Shown: positions 39,401 to 53,975 of the stretch, piece after piece | How the letters are laid out: every line of letters starts with the position of its first letter | How positions within the stretch are numbered: position 1 is the stretch's first letter | Origin: Yuukianura sp. NJ FZ-2021 | Lineage: Eukaryota | Length of the DNA: 64,000 nt | Assembly: GCA_046563655.1 (NCBI GenBank) | Contig: CM102290.1 | Location: 13,640,001 to 13,704,000 of the forward strand | Direction of reading: 5' to 3' | Translations under genes and position numbers: made by a program | The notes under the pieces: model-generated | Databases searched by the model: none | What the model was told of the DNA's origin: nothing | The model's input: the letters and a program-made list of their open reading frames with translations, nothing else

Positions 39401-41654
39401 AAAGAATTAGTGAAAAGGGAGGGAAACGAAGGCGGTGGCGATGAAAGCGGAGAGAAAGCTGGCAGAAGAGAGCAGGGGAAATGTCATGAATGGAAATACA
39501 GTGGAAAACGGAGGCACAGGCAGGGTTCGCACTCTAATTTTATTCATGGAACCAGAAAAGGCAGAGAGAGAGAGCCCAGCAGTTGTCTCCGTAAGATTGA
39601 AAGTGCACGGAAACCAAAGGAAGTAACTACTGTATGAGAAAACGTTACCACCACAAACTAAAAACTAAAGAAAGTACGGTCGAAGAGCAGCATAATATGA
39701 ACTCTTTCTAACCCCCCATGTCCCAATGTCTCAACTAAAATAACTCAATTCGTTTTCAAATTTTCATCTTTTCTAGTTTTCGACTTTTAAAATTTCTTTG
39801 GCTTCCACGAAACTTCAAAAGCTTAAAAAAACTGACTCCAAAAAGTCCTTAAAAATTTAAGTCTTAACTTTTAACCAAGAACAATATTTTTTTAATCTTT
39901 CAAAATACATCAATGTATGTTGCTCCACATTGTGCATAATGCTAAAAACAAGGAACAAGAAGACCATCTTTATTTTCTCATATTAAACCAACTGTGAAAA
40001 TGAAATCAAAGGTTTCGACAAGAGAAATATTTTCTCAATAAGCGAATACATCTTCTATGAGATCCTCCTTTCAACTTTCCACTCCAAAAACTTTTTCCTC
40101 TTCGTTTGTAGCCACTTTCTTACTTTTTTTTTAACTTTCCCCCAAATTTTCTAATATCACTCAATTTCTTTCACAATATTCTCTCACTTTTCAATCGCCT
40201 TTCTCATCTTTCGTATTTCTCAACCACCCAATTTTTTTTCTCCCAAAAAATAACTTTGGCAATAAAAAAAAATATGAAAATAATTATACTCAACAGATCA
40301 CTTTCATCTTTATTGAAAAAGAAAAAGTTAGGATATGGAATGAATTTCATTTGATGAAAAATCAAGTTGCGAATCGAAATCCTTTGAAAATTTGAGCAGA
40401 CTCAGAGAATTTTGAAACTTCAAAATAGAAAACGGAGATTGGTTGGACATGAAAAAAACGTTTGAAGCAGTTCTACGTGTTCTTCCTTTTATTCGTAACA
40501 AAAAAGAGAAAAGGGTTTCCTCTCGACTGAATTTATTGTAATAGTTGTAAGTAGTAACTTTTGAAGAGAGTAAATATGTGGCCTTTGCAATGTCTCTGCT
40601 TGGTTTGAACCTGACTTAAGCCTTCCAATCCTTTCGTCTCGTAAGGCAGCGTAGAAAAGAGCCTCTCCTTTTTCCTTTAATTGGTTTGGTGGCTTACTCT
40701 TGAAAGTTGGACTGGAGCATAGGGACGAAGATAAACCAAGTTTTAAGTTCAAGGTAAGAACCACTTTGGTCCTTCATTTCCAGGACCTGAGAATGGAAGC
40801 GCGCGGGAAAGTTTTCCCATTATGCTAATCAAGAGTAAAGGAGAAAGTGAAAGAGTGAGAGAAAGTCTTTGGGAGAGAAAGTTATTTCTTTTTAGTTTAG
40901 ATGCCCCATGATTCCCATTCCCTCCTATTGTTTCTTACACTCTGACTCAATTACTGAACAGACCAAGTCCAACACTAGGCCTCCAGCCACGAACTAAGCC
41001 TTGGCAACGGTCCTAACTTATGAAAATGTCTCAACATATAAGTCGGTGTCCAGTCCTTCCCTTCAAAATTAATCCACAACCATAGCATTCCCATTCCGCA
41101 AGTAAACAACAGTAAGGTGCAACAACATCCAAAAACTTTCTCTTTCCATAATTTTAATTCGAGAATGTCTCACTTGGCATAAAGCAAGGATTTTGGAATA
41201 AATAAGAGAGTTTTCTCTAGTTAAAAGGTTAGTAACTACCGCCATCGTCCATTCGCTTTTCCTATTTCAGGAAACCTGTTAACCACCCAATTCCAAATTT
41301 TAAAAAGCTTTCCCGCGGTTGGTTTCCTTTCCAGTTCTTTTCTGAGTTCAAACAAGTGAATAAGCGTAAATTAATTTCAACAATTTTCTCCGTCGGAATG
41401 TCAGAGCAGAGGAAATGGAAAAGTGTGCTTTCTCGCTCTCTACTAAAGTTCCATCCCGTGACAAATGTAACGCCGTCAGAATTCAAATTATTTTAGCTGT
41501 CAAGGTATCAAGTGGAAGATCGTAATAAAAAGGAAATGATGTTGCGCCGCACCTTACCGAACCGAAACGACACTGTCAAATTATTTCCAACAAACTTACA
41601 CCCAAATCCAGTCCCCAACAAATCAAATCAAAAGTAAACCAAATACTACTAAAA

Positions 41655-41788
41655 CTGTGAGATTCAGGGCTCACGTGGGTTGGGTTGAGAGACAGAAAAT
41701 GACAGTGCAGAAAAATAACAAACCGAGTTGGACTCGAACCCAGATCTCTTCATCCGAGAATATGCTCTCTACCAATTGAGCCATCAGG
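41655..41788 (-). mobile_element. tRNA-derived SINE
   Basis: Minus strand TGGCTCAATTGG...GGTTCGAGTCC; shared body. Confidence 0.75.
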
Positions 41789-44751
41789 TTCCATTAGCAA
41801 ACAATGGATTCACAAGGCTACCATTACATGCACTATCCTGTTTATATTGTCTTTATATTGTCTTTATACATAGACTTTTGTCTAACGCCACAAAACCCAT
41901 TGGCCAATATAAACATTTACAAAAATTATTTTAAATTGAAATAGCTTTCATTTTGTGAGGGTAAAAGTTAATTAATACACCAAAAAATTTCTGTCTGGTG
42001 GCTCTTGTGCTGTCATTTTCAGAATAAAATTTCGGTTACGGTTGGTTGGAGAAAGCGAGAGGCTGGAAGCGGGAGTAGGCCTAATCCCTTCTGCGTATGT
42101 AAAGTAGTGTCGTCCGCTGTTGGAATAGCCTATGGGAGGGTCCTGGACAATAAGTAAATGGAGAAGAATAGAAAAAAAAAGAGAATCCGGCTCCAGGAGT
42201 TGAAACAGTGGGATTGGAGGGGAAAGGAAAAGAGAAATTGCATCTTTCTCCAGTCTCTCTCCAAATGGCTCACATATTGAGGACACGATCCGAGTCAGAG
42301 CAAGAGAAAAAATAGACCGTCGGCCTTTACTTTGATGCACACATAAAAAATACATAGGGGAATGTTATGTGAAGGAAAGTTGGAGTCGATTTGGAGGAGA
42401 ACGGAAGAAAGCTACAAAGTGTAAGTCGGTTGGTCTAGTTCTAATAGTGCTACAACCAGTCTTCCTCCTCTCCACGCTCCAAGGGGGGAAAAAAATAAGC
42501 GAAATACGGTCGTCCTAACATCAAATGGTCCAAATCCGTAAGTCGTATGAAGACCCAACTAGAATAAAATGCGAATCCTCAACCACCACCAGCACTTTCA
42601 CTCCTTCCCTCAAAATTTCTGAAATAAAACACCAGGCGCCTCTCCATTCTTTCCTTCCGTATTTCAAAAAGCACGACAACAGTCGCCACTTCCCTTTTCT
42701 CTAGAACCTAAAAAGCTAATCCTCATGAAGGCCTCTTCTTACAAAGGCAAACACTACAAGCTTAACCTATTACTCTCCTTCAGTCAAAAGTAGAGCTCAT
42801 TACAACCATTCACTCACAAGAACTTTCTCCATCACCTAAATAACCTAACTTAACCTTACACAATTAACTCAGCTGCCCTCCCACTCCCAATCACTCATCT
42901 CATCTCTTCAACATTCAACTTTCACCGCCAAAATTGACAGCGCAACTCAACTTGTCTCTTTACGCTAAAGGCTCCGGGAGAAATCTCCTTTTAATCATAA
43001 TCTAGTTATGCCTAGTCTCTGTCTAACACAAACCAGATAACAATTTAATGACAAAATTATGCAGTTCATTAACAGGGAGCACGACTTTCATCAGGTTCAT
43101 TCTCCAGGAGTTTACTTTTAAGCACACTTTTTAGTCTAAACGTATTTCCATTTAGGGATAAGCCTAACTCTGACTATGTACCTATACACCGACGTCCCCC
43201 CATAACTCAACACCAAGGAGGCAACAAACACTTTTCTCTCCTCCCTCACCACTTTTAATCTCAACCACAAACTTTCTCTCTACATCAAAAACTTTGACGC
43301 TCTAAAAAGTTTAGACTTTCATCATCAACCTCCCTTCTTATTTCAAATTCTGTCTCATGTTAAGATGGAACCGTCTTCCCTTGGAACCGTCGTCAAATCC
43401 ATGTTAACAAAACACTTCATCAAAAATTAGGCTCATCTCCTGCCAAAACAAACACAGTTCACTTCTACCTTAAAATTCTCAACTTCCAAATTCATAACTT
43501 TTAACAACTATTTCCCTCCGCGCACACGCAAACAAAAAGTAAAAACTAAAAAGAAAATGGTATCAAGAAACTAAAAACTGCAAAGAAAATGGTCTCCAAT
43601 TAACTTTTACGACTTCTCTAACAAGTGGCCACTTTTTAGCTTCTCCCAAACGATAGTTCATGATAAATTATTGAATCTAGGCAGTTTCTCCCATTTCCTT
43701 CCCTTAGCCAATATTCTTCAGAATCAACAATTTACAATTCCTACTTTCGGTTTGCCTGTCATTAAATTTGTATCTTGGAAATAAGAGGCGGAAAAGAAGC
43801 TAAGCCGTGGAAAGGAAATTAAATGAAGCTCATTTTGAAATAGAGTGCAATAAAAAGTTAAAAAAATGGAGGAAGAAGAATTCGTGTAGCGTGGCTAATT
43901 TTGTTAGACCTCTGGGAGAGCTGATTAATTAAACCTATTAGTCAGGTCGCAGCCTATAACTAGTTAAGGAGGAGGTTTTGGGTGGAAGGAGGAGCACTTG
44001 GAAATTAAAGGGAAGGGGGCCCTTGGCATGTCACTCCCGTCATTACACTTTCTCTTTGGACTAAAAAGAGAGAAAAGAGTTAAAAGGTTCAAGTCAACTT
44101 ATTTCCATCTCCAACAAGCCTCTCTTCAACGCCTTCACTTTCACTTTTAACGCAGTAAACTACTTTCTGCAGCCTCTGACAGAGGCGGGACAAGCGGATG
44201 GTCCTACTTTCCACTTCCTAGCACCTGAATAAACAAAGATAAAGGGAGACAGGCACTCAATGGGATTCATTATGGGACAAGCCCTCAACTCCAACCAAAG
44301 ACAAACCGCTCTGTTTGATCATGCAAAACTAAGATTAACTCAAAATTGAATTAAATTATCCACTAAATGTTTTTACCCAAACCAAAGTGAACAAATTTCT
44401 TATTCCAAACTACCGCTGGTTCTACCTTTCAAAATGAACTTTCTAAAAATATGTTTTCCTCCTACCACTAACACTAAAGAGCATTCAGGCATGTGATTTG
44501 AAACCAAACCAACGGAAAGAGAATCCGCAGTTCAATCTAAACCACTGGCTCAATAAGTGTCCCATCTCCCGAATTCATTTCAAATAGAATCAACACAACT
44601 TCAAAGGCTACTCTCCATCTAGCTTTTGACTGAAAAGTTCAAGTTGAAACAAACAAGAAAACACGAACTACTTTAGTAACTTTAGTGTTACATTTTTTAT
44701 GTAATCTCGAATGGGCAAGATTTTAAGTTTCTAGCTAAAAACTCTAATCAT

Positions 44752-44948
44752 CAGGGTTGCAAAAAATATTTACTAAAAACCAGCGAAATATTTAAATAAA
44801 TGCAATATTTACTGAAAAAGCTCGAAATATTTACTAGCTTAACATTACGGGCATGGGGAAATAAATAAATATTTCGTAACAAAAATGCTCGAAATATTGA
44901 TTCTGTTAACATTACAGGCATGGGAAGTAAATATTTTTTGCAACCCTG
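44752..44948. mobile_element. hAT-like MITE
   Basis: Perfect TIR CAGGGTTGCAAAAAATATTTACT; perfect 8-bp TSD ctaatcat. Confidence 0.94.
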
Positions 44949-46292
44949 CTAATCATCTAAAATACTCGTATTTTCAGTAGAATACTAGTTGGATTTCTAA
45001 TTAGCCATAAGCTTTTTTTTTTCGTTGATGCCTTCAACCGCAAGCTCTCTCATAAGTCAAATTCCTGAAGATGATAAATGGCTTTCTTCGAAGAAGAAAT
45101 GTCAGAAAGCCGTCCTAAGCACTTCTCAGACTAAACCAAAATTTTAAACGACGGGCGTTCAACGGTTTCGCGGATCAATCCACGCTCGGACCAACAGCGA
45201 AGTTTTTTGAACCGACTTTAAGAGAGTTTTGAAAATAAATTGATTTTGAAAAACAGTATAAAAACTAAATTTCAGAAAAAAATACTTTGCACCCTACAGA
45301 ACCATCAAACACAAAATGAAATATTAGTAATTCATTATAGAAATACACTCATCAAGCGTTTTAACTGCGAGTTACAAAGTAAATGGAAATGAAATTACTA
45401 CCGCCTCAGCATTTGATTTTGAATTTAGCGTTTCCACCGAACTTTCAGCACACAAACTTTTACTTCCGGTTTCATTCCCCGTTTGAGTTAATGTAAGATA
45501 GAAGTGTAGCGTTGGCTGTTCCAGAGTCCCAAACCATTATGAAGTGTTGGAGATAAATATTGGAGTTGGAGAAAGTTGGAGAAGAAAAGAAAAAGTAAAG
45601 GAGGATGACTGTGGTGTGTTGGAAAGAAAAGAGAGCGAAAGAGGATGAGGCAGGACGATAGAATTCGATTCGACCAAGTTAGTACAAAGCGTATTAGGCC
45701 CCAAAACTTAAAGAATCAAGTGCAGCGGAGCAAGCATAGTTTTCGTTTGACGCTTAATGGCCAAGAAAATACTCGTAAACTCCTCCACTGTTTTTCTTTT
45801 TCTCAACCGTCTTTTTCCTTCTCTCTTCCCGTTTTTTCTCTACAAAATAAATATTTACTAAACCGATTTCTGGGAAGGGGGAGGAGAGGCCTTAACATCA
45901 CCGACTCCTAAACAGCCCTAGTATCTATTCCGAATCCAAAAAAGAAAAGAGAGCCCTCTTTTTCCGCAGCACTCATACCATTAAGGCTCCGCCAATACAA
46001 CAACAAATAGTACACCCAACCAACAACCAAGTCAGAAACATCTCACCATCAAATCAACTTTCACTCCTTTCACCAAAACCAAAATTTACCACCTCTCCGT
46101 CCACAACCAATCCTCCCTCACTCATCAACACAAACACGTTCTCAACTTCATCACTAACTTAACTCCTCACACTTTTCCTTTAATTCAACTAATCCACCTC
46201 ACTTCACTAAACTTACTGCAACTCCTTTCTCCAGCCTGATTTCCAATCACCGTACATTTCCAAATAGAACCCCTTCCCAAAGAATACCCCAG

Positions 46293-46600
46293 ATATTAGT
46301 CCCTCCCCACAAAGGTCGACGCAAGAATTAGTACCCCCCCCCCCCAACGTCCACGACAGAATTAGTACCCCCCCCCCCCCAACGTCCACGGAAGGATTAG
46401 TACCCCCGAAACAATTAGTACCGCCCCCCCACCAAACGTCCTTGAAAGAATTAGCACCCCCCCAAACGTTCTCGAAAGAATTAGTACCCCCCCAAACGTT
46501 CTCGAAAGAATTAGTACCCCTCCCCAACGGCGTTAATAGAATTAGTACCACCCCACCCTGAAAGATCGGCAAAGGAATTACTCCTCCGGTGGGTACTATT
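46293..46600. repeat. 30-36 bp C-rich minisatellite (gaattagtacccccc...aacgt)n
   Basis: About 9 units with poly-C runs. Confidence 0.9.
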
Positions 46601-49600
46601 TGGAAATTCACGGTAAAAGTTCCACCTCCCCGTCCCCAAACACAGCCCTTCCACAGGAAATGTATACGTTAATTCCATTTCTACGGAAATAAATGGCTGC
46701 CGGCATTACTAGTGGGATTCGTATAAAGCGCCTTCTTCATCCTCTCCCAGAACGAACAGACGGCCACGCTTCAATGCAACTTCTATCCAAACCAGAGAGC
46801 CTTTCCCTTCCATCTCTTTCTCCTCCAGTAATAGTCTAGAAATAGGCAGATTTTACGCTTAATGCGCTTAACAAAGAGCCAACCCTCTCCACCATTATGA
46901 GAGCACGAGGATCCAAAGGAAATGGAAATCCAGGAATACCACAATTCTACAGTAGCTCGGGTGTCTAAATCTCTGAAACATTGAAATCCACCATTCCCAA
47001 ATAGTATTTGACGCCTACCATCTAAAAATTCACTTCGTCACCTACTTCCTTGCATTGTAGCTGCCATCTGGAGTGAGTGCGTTGCGCCGTAATACAAGTG
47101 AACTAACAGACTAATATTTCTGGCCAAGAATGAGATCTGCACACCGGAAATCTCGGAAACCCGGCTTAAACTTATCCGAAGAAGCCCAAAGGGAAATTAA
47201 AAGGAAAGTCCAAAGTGAAAGTGACTGGGGCTGAGCGGTTGTGCTTTCTACGAAAACGCAAATCCTAGCGCCATGATTGTTTCTAAACCTTAGGCGGATA
47301 CCCGCATATTCTCATTGTGAAAAGACAAGGCGAAGAGGGATTGGTTAAACTAAAGAGAGGAGTCCATGGCCTCGTGTGACTTTAAGCCGACAGGCAGAAG
47401 CCACGGCTGCAGACGGAAATCGGAACTAAGTCCCGGAATGAATCTTCTTCCTCTGCACAACCTAGCTCTACCGTCAAGATCAAGTCCAATGACATAAAAG
47501 AAGGAGAACTGTATTTGCATTTCTGATTGGAACCAGTTAAGCGTGCAATAAAAAGGAAGGTTTGTTGGAAGAGGAAGTTGGATGGAGGACGTGATACGAC
47601 TCCAACAACTTATTTCCTCTCATCATCAGAACGAGGAGAAAGTGGAAGAAGTTGAAGGGAAACTGGAAATGAAAGACTTCCATCCATTGTCTTCTCCCAA
47701 CCTGCCACTCTCAAATCCTCCTATATTCCCTCTGATTGAATCTTCCAACCTGTGGACCACCTTTCCCTCACTTTCTCTTCTCTCAAACAACGTTCATAGG
47801 AACAGAAAAAACCTATTCAACTAATCTCCTTAATCAATTCAGAAATGTCTTAGAGAACTACAATTTATCTCCTTCCCTCCCACCTCTGCTCCCATTACGA
47901 TTACGACACACGGTGACTCCTTTCTCTTCGCTTCTCCAACTACGCACCACACAAGCTCAAGTCACACATAAACAACCAAATACTTCTTCCTTTTTCCATC
48001 AAATTTAAAACATACTTATCTAAAAACTATAAATTTTCGTTGCTCAAGGTTGAGCGGCCCATAGTATTCTGATATTCAGAACCTTTCAATTTCCGTCAAA
48101 AGATCATACTCATTTGAAACTTGAGTATATAAAAACAAAGTTTTAATTCATTTAAAAAAAAACTCAAAAAACTTCACGCGCCTATGGCGCGTATGTCCGA
48201 TTTTTATGGAGGTTTCCGTCTTACACTCGAACTTTTCAGCCCAAAGCGAATGCCATTTTTACGTATTCGCCAGCACAGAATTACATCTGTTTAATCTAGA
48301 CATTAGCGTCGTGCATTGCCTTGCTACTCGCAATTTAAAACAAAATTAGGATAATGTAATAAGTAAAGCGCAACTTGGAAAAAAATGTTAGCTTTTGTTA
48401 CTATTCTCTCTTCCTGCGACTGAAGAGAAACGAAAGTTGGAGAAAGCGGGAGTGGACGGACGTGCCTTATCTCTCCTTCCGCTTCTCATTCACAAATATC
48501 TTACAAATTAGTGTTAGTACGAAAACAGAAACAAAAGGAATAATAATTACCAGCTCCCAGGGTTTTCAGAAGAAAAAAACCCATTGTCACAAATGCACTT
48601 TCCAGTTATGTACTACAAAGAAATCCATTACTCTCGCCGACTTTCTCTCTCCAACATTCCATTCCAAACTCCTTACAAAGTGTGCTTTCTATTCTTTTAA
48701 TTCACAAAAAACATTCTAAACATTAACACACTAAAACATACAACTTGTAGTATACTTTTGAGTTACCACCCGCGGAAACCAGTGTCAGAGGTCACACAGG
48801 TCAATGTGAAACTAATTTAAACAAAATTGCTTCAACTTGAATTAAGTTAGATCATCCGCTGAGCAAATTTTCTTTGACCTAACGCCGTGAAGCCCAATGA
48901 AAATAGAATTTTTATAAAACTGATATAAAACTACTGCGCATGACCAAATTCAACCAATAGTAAGCCTGCCATGCCCGAAATATTTTTTAAATTTTTTGCC
49001 GAAATTTTGATACATAATCTAATTCGATTAACTCAAAACCAAATATTGAAATCTGGATAATAAAAATTTAGTTAAAAAAAAGTTTGCTTCGAAAAAAAAT
49101 TTAAAATTAAAACATTAGTTTGTAAATTATACCTTAAACCAAGAAAACAAAGACAAAATCAGCGGAAGTACAAGAATTTGAAAGTCTTGGTAAATTTGAA
49201 GTTGAACGTAGTAATGTCATACCTTTAGACACATCATATTATTCGCATGAGGTCCCATTCCAGTAAAAGCCGGCATTAAGTTAGGTACCGTAAACGGAAT
49301 GAAGAGCATTTTGGACAAGATTTGACTTTCACTTGAGAGGAATTCCACTAACAGGAGAGTCGTGGAACACTAACAAGATCTCTTCCGAGTGATGCTCTGT
49401 ATGAAAGATCCTCTGTTCCACAAAAGTGATTTGCCCAACACGGACTTTTGATCTAGACTTTAGGATTATTCGGTGAATAGGAGTACAATAAGGCGTATCA
49501 GATAGTGTTGACCTCATCAAAAGGGCTCATAGTATTTCCACTCACAAAACAAAACAACAACAGTAGACTTTGCACCAGGAATTTCCAAATTGGTCAACCT

Positions 49601-50584
49601 TTTCACTTTCTCTTTTTCGATGCGACAACAAACAAGTTGTAGAAAGACACTGGGAACAAACTTGTTTGTATTCAATGGACCCGGCTGAAATTCCTGGTGA
49701 AACTCACAGCGTCAAATCCCGTGTCTCATAAAAAGTTGTAAATGTTTGCATGGACACAGTTTACTTTCTGTTCACTACCGTAGTATACAGGGAAAACTGA
49801 CGTCAAGATATAATTACAAAGTGTATGTGTGAGGATAGAAGCGCAAAAGAGTAGAAACCGACAAAAATCACACCAACTTTCACCACGACCACGAGGCAAG
49901 AGTATTCGCTCAAGAAAAGACGAACAGGCCGTGTTAGAGCCAAATTGAATCTCCTCGGGAGTTGGAAGCCAGCCGCCTACAGAACCTGTATATATAAACA
50001 GCACATGCTCCAGCAGCAGCACAGAGAAAGCCAACAGAAACCTCTCCCTCAACCCATCTTTTTCCGCCTTCAATTCCACGAAAACCCAAAAGGCAACGTT
50101 TTGCCTCGCTTCGAATAACGGAGAAAGTCCTCGCCTTCTACACTACACCAACACTTCTTAACTACACAACTACAGCATCGTCACCCTCCACTCCCCAGCC
50201 AAATTCCTACCCTCCATCCATTCAAAATCCTTTCTCCGCTGTTCAAAACATGGACCATCTTGTACTTTCCACCACTCCCACAGTCCAGGAAAGACCATTT
50301 AAATTACTTGTCCATTGACCATGTCCACTACACCATCTGACGCACTCAGACTCCGAATGTACCCAAAGGCCCACTTTCTAAAAATAATATCAAACTCCGT
50401 TCCATATGGAAACTCTACTAATTAAAAAGAGCAACATTCTGCACAACTTTCCCGCCGCCAAACTTTGCTCAATTTCCCAATAACGTCTCTACAAACTTTA
50501 GAAACCAGAATAAACCGTTGTAAACGCCGTATGTAAGTAGCGACATATATACGAAGGTTTAGTGAGGATGACATTCATCCTTTT

Positions 50585-50845
50585 GAAGCACAAGGTCTAG
50601 GTCACCCACACAAAAGTTGTTTCTGTCCATGTAATGAATAACTTTTATACAATTTTTTCAATTTCCGCCAAAAAAAAAAAAGAACTTGCCCTTGACCTTT
50701 GACCCGGAAGTTTTCCAATTCCGATCAAACCAAATACGTATTATTCACTCCCAGACAATTTGAAGTTTATCTGTGAAGACAGATAGAAAATCGGCCCAGT
50801 CGTTCCAGAGTTACATTTACAAGCAGACAGACAGACAGACAGGCT
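50585..50845. mobile_element. DINE-1/HINE-like (Helentron-associated) fragment
   Basis: ccttgacctttgac motif plus (gaca)n microsatellite; same layout at 63295-63435. Confidence 0.5.
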
Positions 50846-52473
50846 CGGGGAAAAACATAAAGTAGCCAACGACTTTCGCTACTTATCAAAATTCAAGCAA
50901 CGCAAAAAACTCAAAAATTTGTAAAATTTTGGAAAAAAGGAAAGTGGTAAACATTGATTCCACGATTAATCTAGGGAATGACATACTAACGGGCGTTTTA
51001 CTGCCAATAGTGATCAGCTCGATGACCTTTGGAGTGTTGGCGAGAAGAAATTCATCATAAAATACCTTCACTCTCTATCTCTCTCTTTATATGGCACTTT
51101 TGACGACACCATTATCCATTTGGATATTCACCAACAAACGCTTCTGTGCCCATTCCTTGAGTATTTTTATAATCAAGACTCCTTCCGCCGTTATTCCAAG
51201 ACAACCCTCTTTACGACTCAATTCCAATTGAGCAGAGCCCAGAGACTTCCGCCTCCACTTTTTAATGATTACACTTTCTCCTTTCTCCTCGCTCTATTTT
51301 ATTTTATTTCGGGTAATGGCAATCCTCTTGTCTCGCTTTTTCTCAAAATTTGGGAGTGAAATTATGATCGAACCACTTTCTCCAGTTTCCTTTCAAATTG
51401 AAAACCACTGCGGAAACGAATGTGGACTTTAATAGAACTCTAAATGGGCTTTCTCTCCCTCTCTTGTGTCCGCCAGGAGAAAGTCGGAAGCGTGCCAAAG
51501 GTGGTTCTTAGAGGCCAGAGGCTCTAATCTAAAAACAATATTATTATATGCCACGGAGTTTCTCCAGAAAGCACCAACCAAATTCAGGAGACCAATTTTC
51601 ACCCCTCCCCCTCTTCCCCACTGAGAAACAAACATTTACTCCAAGAATCAAACTCAATTACTCTCCCACAATTTGGATCAAAGTGATTTCCCAAGGAAGA
51701 TTGGCAGGAGAGGATAGATTAGGTGAAAGTAGGAACTGGAACGTTGAATTTGTTCCAACTCTTAAAAAACTCAATACACAGACACCACTCCTTCGAATCC
51801 AGTCAACGGAAAATGGCAGGAGCAGAAAAAAAATCACAGAAAAGAAACTGATAACTCAGCAAAATAAATCGTAAAGAAGTGAAGTAGAAGAAAAATCTGA
51901 AGCAGATGCACGTAGCGTGGCAGTGCCAGTTCGTTGAATGTTTTCATTTTTACTTCTCTTTTTTTCATGTCTGACTCAAAGTCGGAGCCTCTTCACAGCC
52001 TCTAGCTTTCTCTTCTTACCGAATCACGTCTCTCTGCCGAAATGTCCGATTCGATCGGTCATTCATGCGAAAAAATGTTCAAAATGGCCATTAAGACTTT
52101 CCTCCTCCTCAACCCATTAGGAGTGTACAGTACAACTGGAACTTCAAACCCTACATTTCAAATAGTAGTGACACAGAGGAACCAACCCCAATCGTGATTT
52201 ATTACCCGCCGATTTCTAACACTACCAATCATTACAATAACAATGAAGTTAATTTTACACTCTTGTGCAAAAAAAATCCATAGTTGAATCACCACGAATC
52301 TCCTCAAGTACCAATCTGTTCAACATTTGTTCAAAAATTGTCCCAAAAAAAATTTTTTTTAACGTCCAAAAAACAACATTCAGGACTAAAACAAGCAAAA
52401 AAGAAAAAAAGCTGGGCCAAAAACTACCAAAATTAGGCCAAATTTTTCTCAAGACCGGGCACTATTTCAAAAC

Positions 52474-52533
52474 CAAGGTTTGTTGACTTTGACTTTCCTT
52501 AATAGTTTGGGTAATACCTCATGCTTTTTCGAT
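52474..52533 (+). mobile_element. Truncated family A CAAGG MITE end
   Basis: caaggtttgttgactttg...gggtaatacctcatg only. Confidence 0.8.
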
Positions 52534-53574
52534 CAAAACAATCAAAAAGTTTGTACAGCCTTCTCTAGGTCGTTAGTGAATCAAGAGATCCCCATCACAT
52601 AAAAAGTTGTACTTCCCATGTTTAAATTGCACTTTTCATGTAACATGGGGTGGTGGATTAGACTTTTTCAAAAATCCCGCTAGCAAGAGTTCCTCAGAGA
52701 CGCTTCTGTTGAAACATTTATGCCTTCAGAAATTTCTTGCTAGACCAAAAAAATAAGGTCCGAACGGCTTTTGGTCTGCTGAATCTTGGCCGGTCAAAGC
52801 TTTGGACCAAAGTGTGACCACAAGACATCAGGACTAGCCTTTAGGGAAAATGATATAAAAAAAATCCCTACTTTTATCGCATCCATTTCAGCCACTTGCC
52901 ACCTTCAGTTTTCTCGCAGCAGCAGCAGTTCTTACTACGAAAGGGGGAACTTTCTCCCAAAAACCCCGAGAAAAAAAGACGGGAGAGACGTTATTATTTT
53001 ATTTTTCTTTGGAAACCATAAGAGCGGCAGAGAGAGAGACATTTTAAATCTTCATTTGTCTTGCTTGCATGAGGCACAGTAGAATAGCCGCTCAGAATCC
53101 GACGGAAGGCCGAGGGGAAGAAGTTGGTTGAGGAAAAGACGGAGAAAGGAAGCGCCTTAAGTCTCCAAGGCCTTCTTCTCACTGTCTCATAGGCAAATAG
53201 AGCTCAGAGAGTAACAAGATAAGGCAATCCGAATTCTACTGGAAGAGGTCCTCCAGAACAGACAGAATCGATATGATAACATTTCGCTAATGCACTTTCT
53301 ACTACGCACAGGAACGGACGGATATCCCCATTCTCTCCCTCTCCTCAATGAAAACTTGCGTGTAAAGCTCCCACAAATCTCTTCCTTCTCGCTCTGATGA
53401 CCAATTTCACTTTTCAGCAACAAATGCTTGCTTGTTGAATAACATCCTAAATTTTAAATCCCATCTCCTCTTCTACTATTAAATCAACTAAACTCCGAAA
53501 ACACTTTCTCCAGACCCATACAGTGGAACAACCATCTTCGCTTCTCACATCTCACAGAACTAAGGAACATCTAT

Positions 53575-53975
53575 GCCCAATTTCGGTCACATTTTCAAAT
53601 TTTGGTCCGAAATGGCCGAAATGTCCGGCAAAAATACATACAAGGTCTGTGTGCGAAACCTAGCCACGCCTCCCAAATTTTCAAATTTACCGCGCCTCCT
53701 ATAAAAGCCCAATTTAGGCTCGCTTTTCCCGGGCAACGTTTCCCGGAAAACGTTTGTCGTAGAACTTTTAATTTCATATCAAATTCTTTTAAAAACATAA
53801 GATTGTTTAAAAAAAAGTTATTTTATTCTTGTTCTACGACAAACTTTTCCCGGGAAAAGCGAGAATAAATTCGGCTTCATATTAAAAGAAGTTTCGCTCA
53901 TTTCCGTCGTCCGAATTGTGCCTGTCCGAAATGTGTAAATGTCAATTTCGGACAGACGACCGAAATGTCCAGTCA
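53575..53975. mobile_element. ccgaaatg-repeat element with a nested inverted-repeat MITE (53719-53863)
   Basis: Inner IRs ctcgcttttcccggg/cccgggaaaagcgag and tttgtcgtagaac/gttctacgacaaa; outer ccgaaatg repeats. Confidence 0.65.

Noticed and set aside
46213..46611. Gly-rich 132-aa ORF; also a superficially CRISPR-like repeat
   Set aside because: Minisatellite whose inter-repeat parts resemble each other; eukaryotic context, no cas genes.
48176..48192. GC hairpin acgcgcc-tat-ggcgcgt
   Set aside because: Isolated 7-bp stem, probably a transposon remnant; no element boundaries identifiable.
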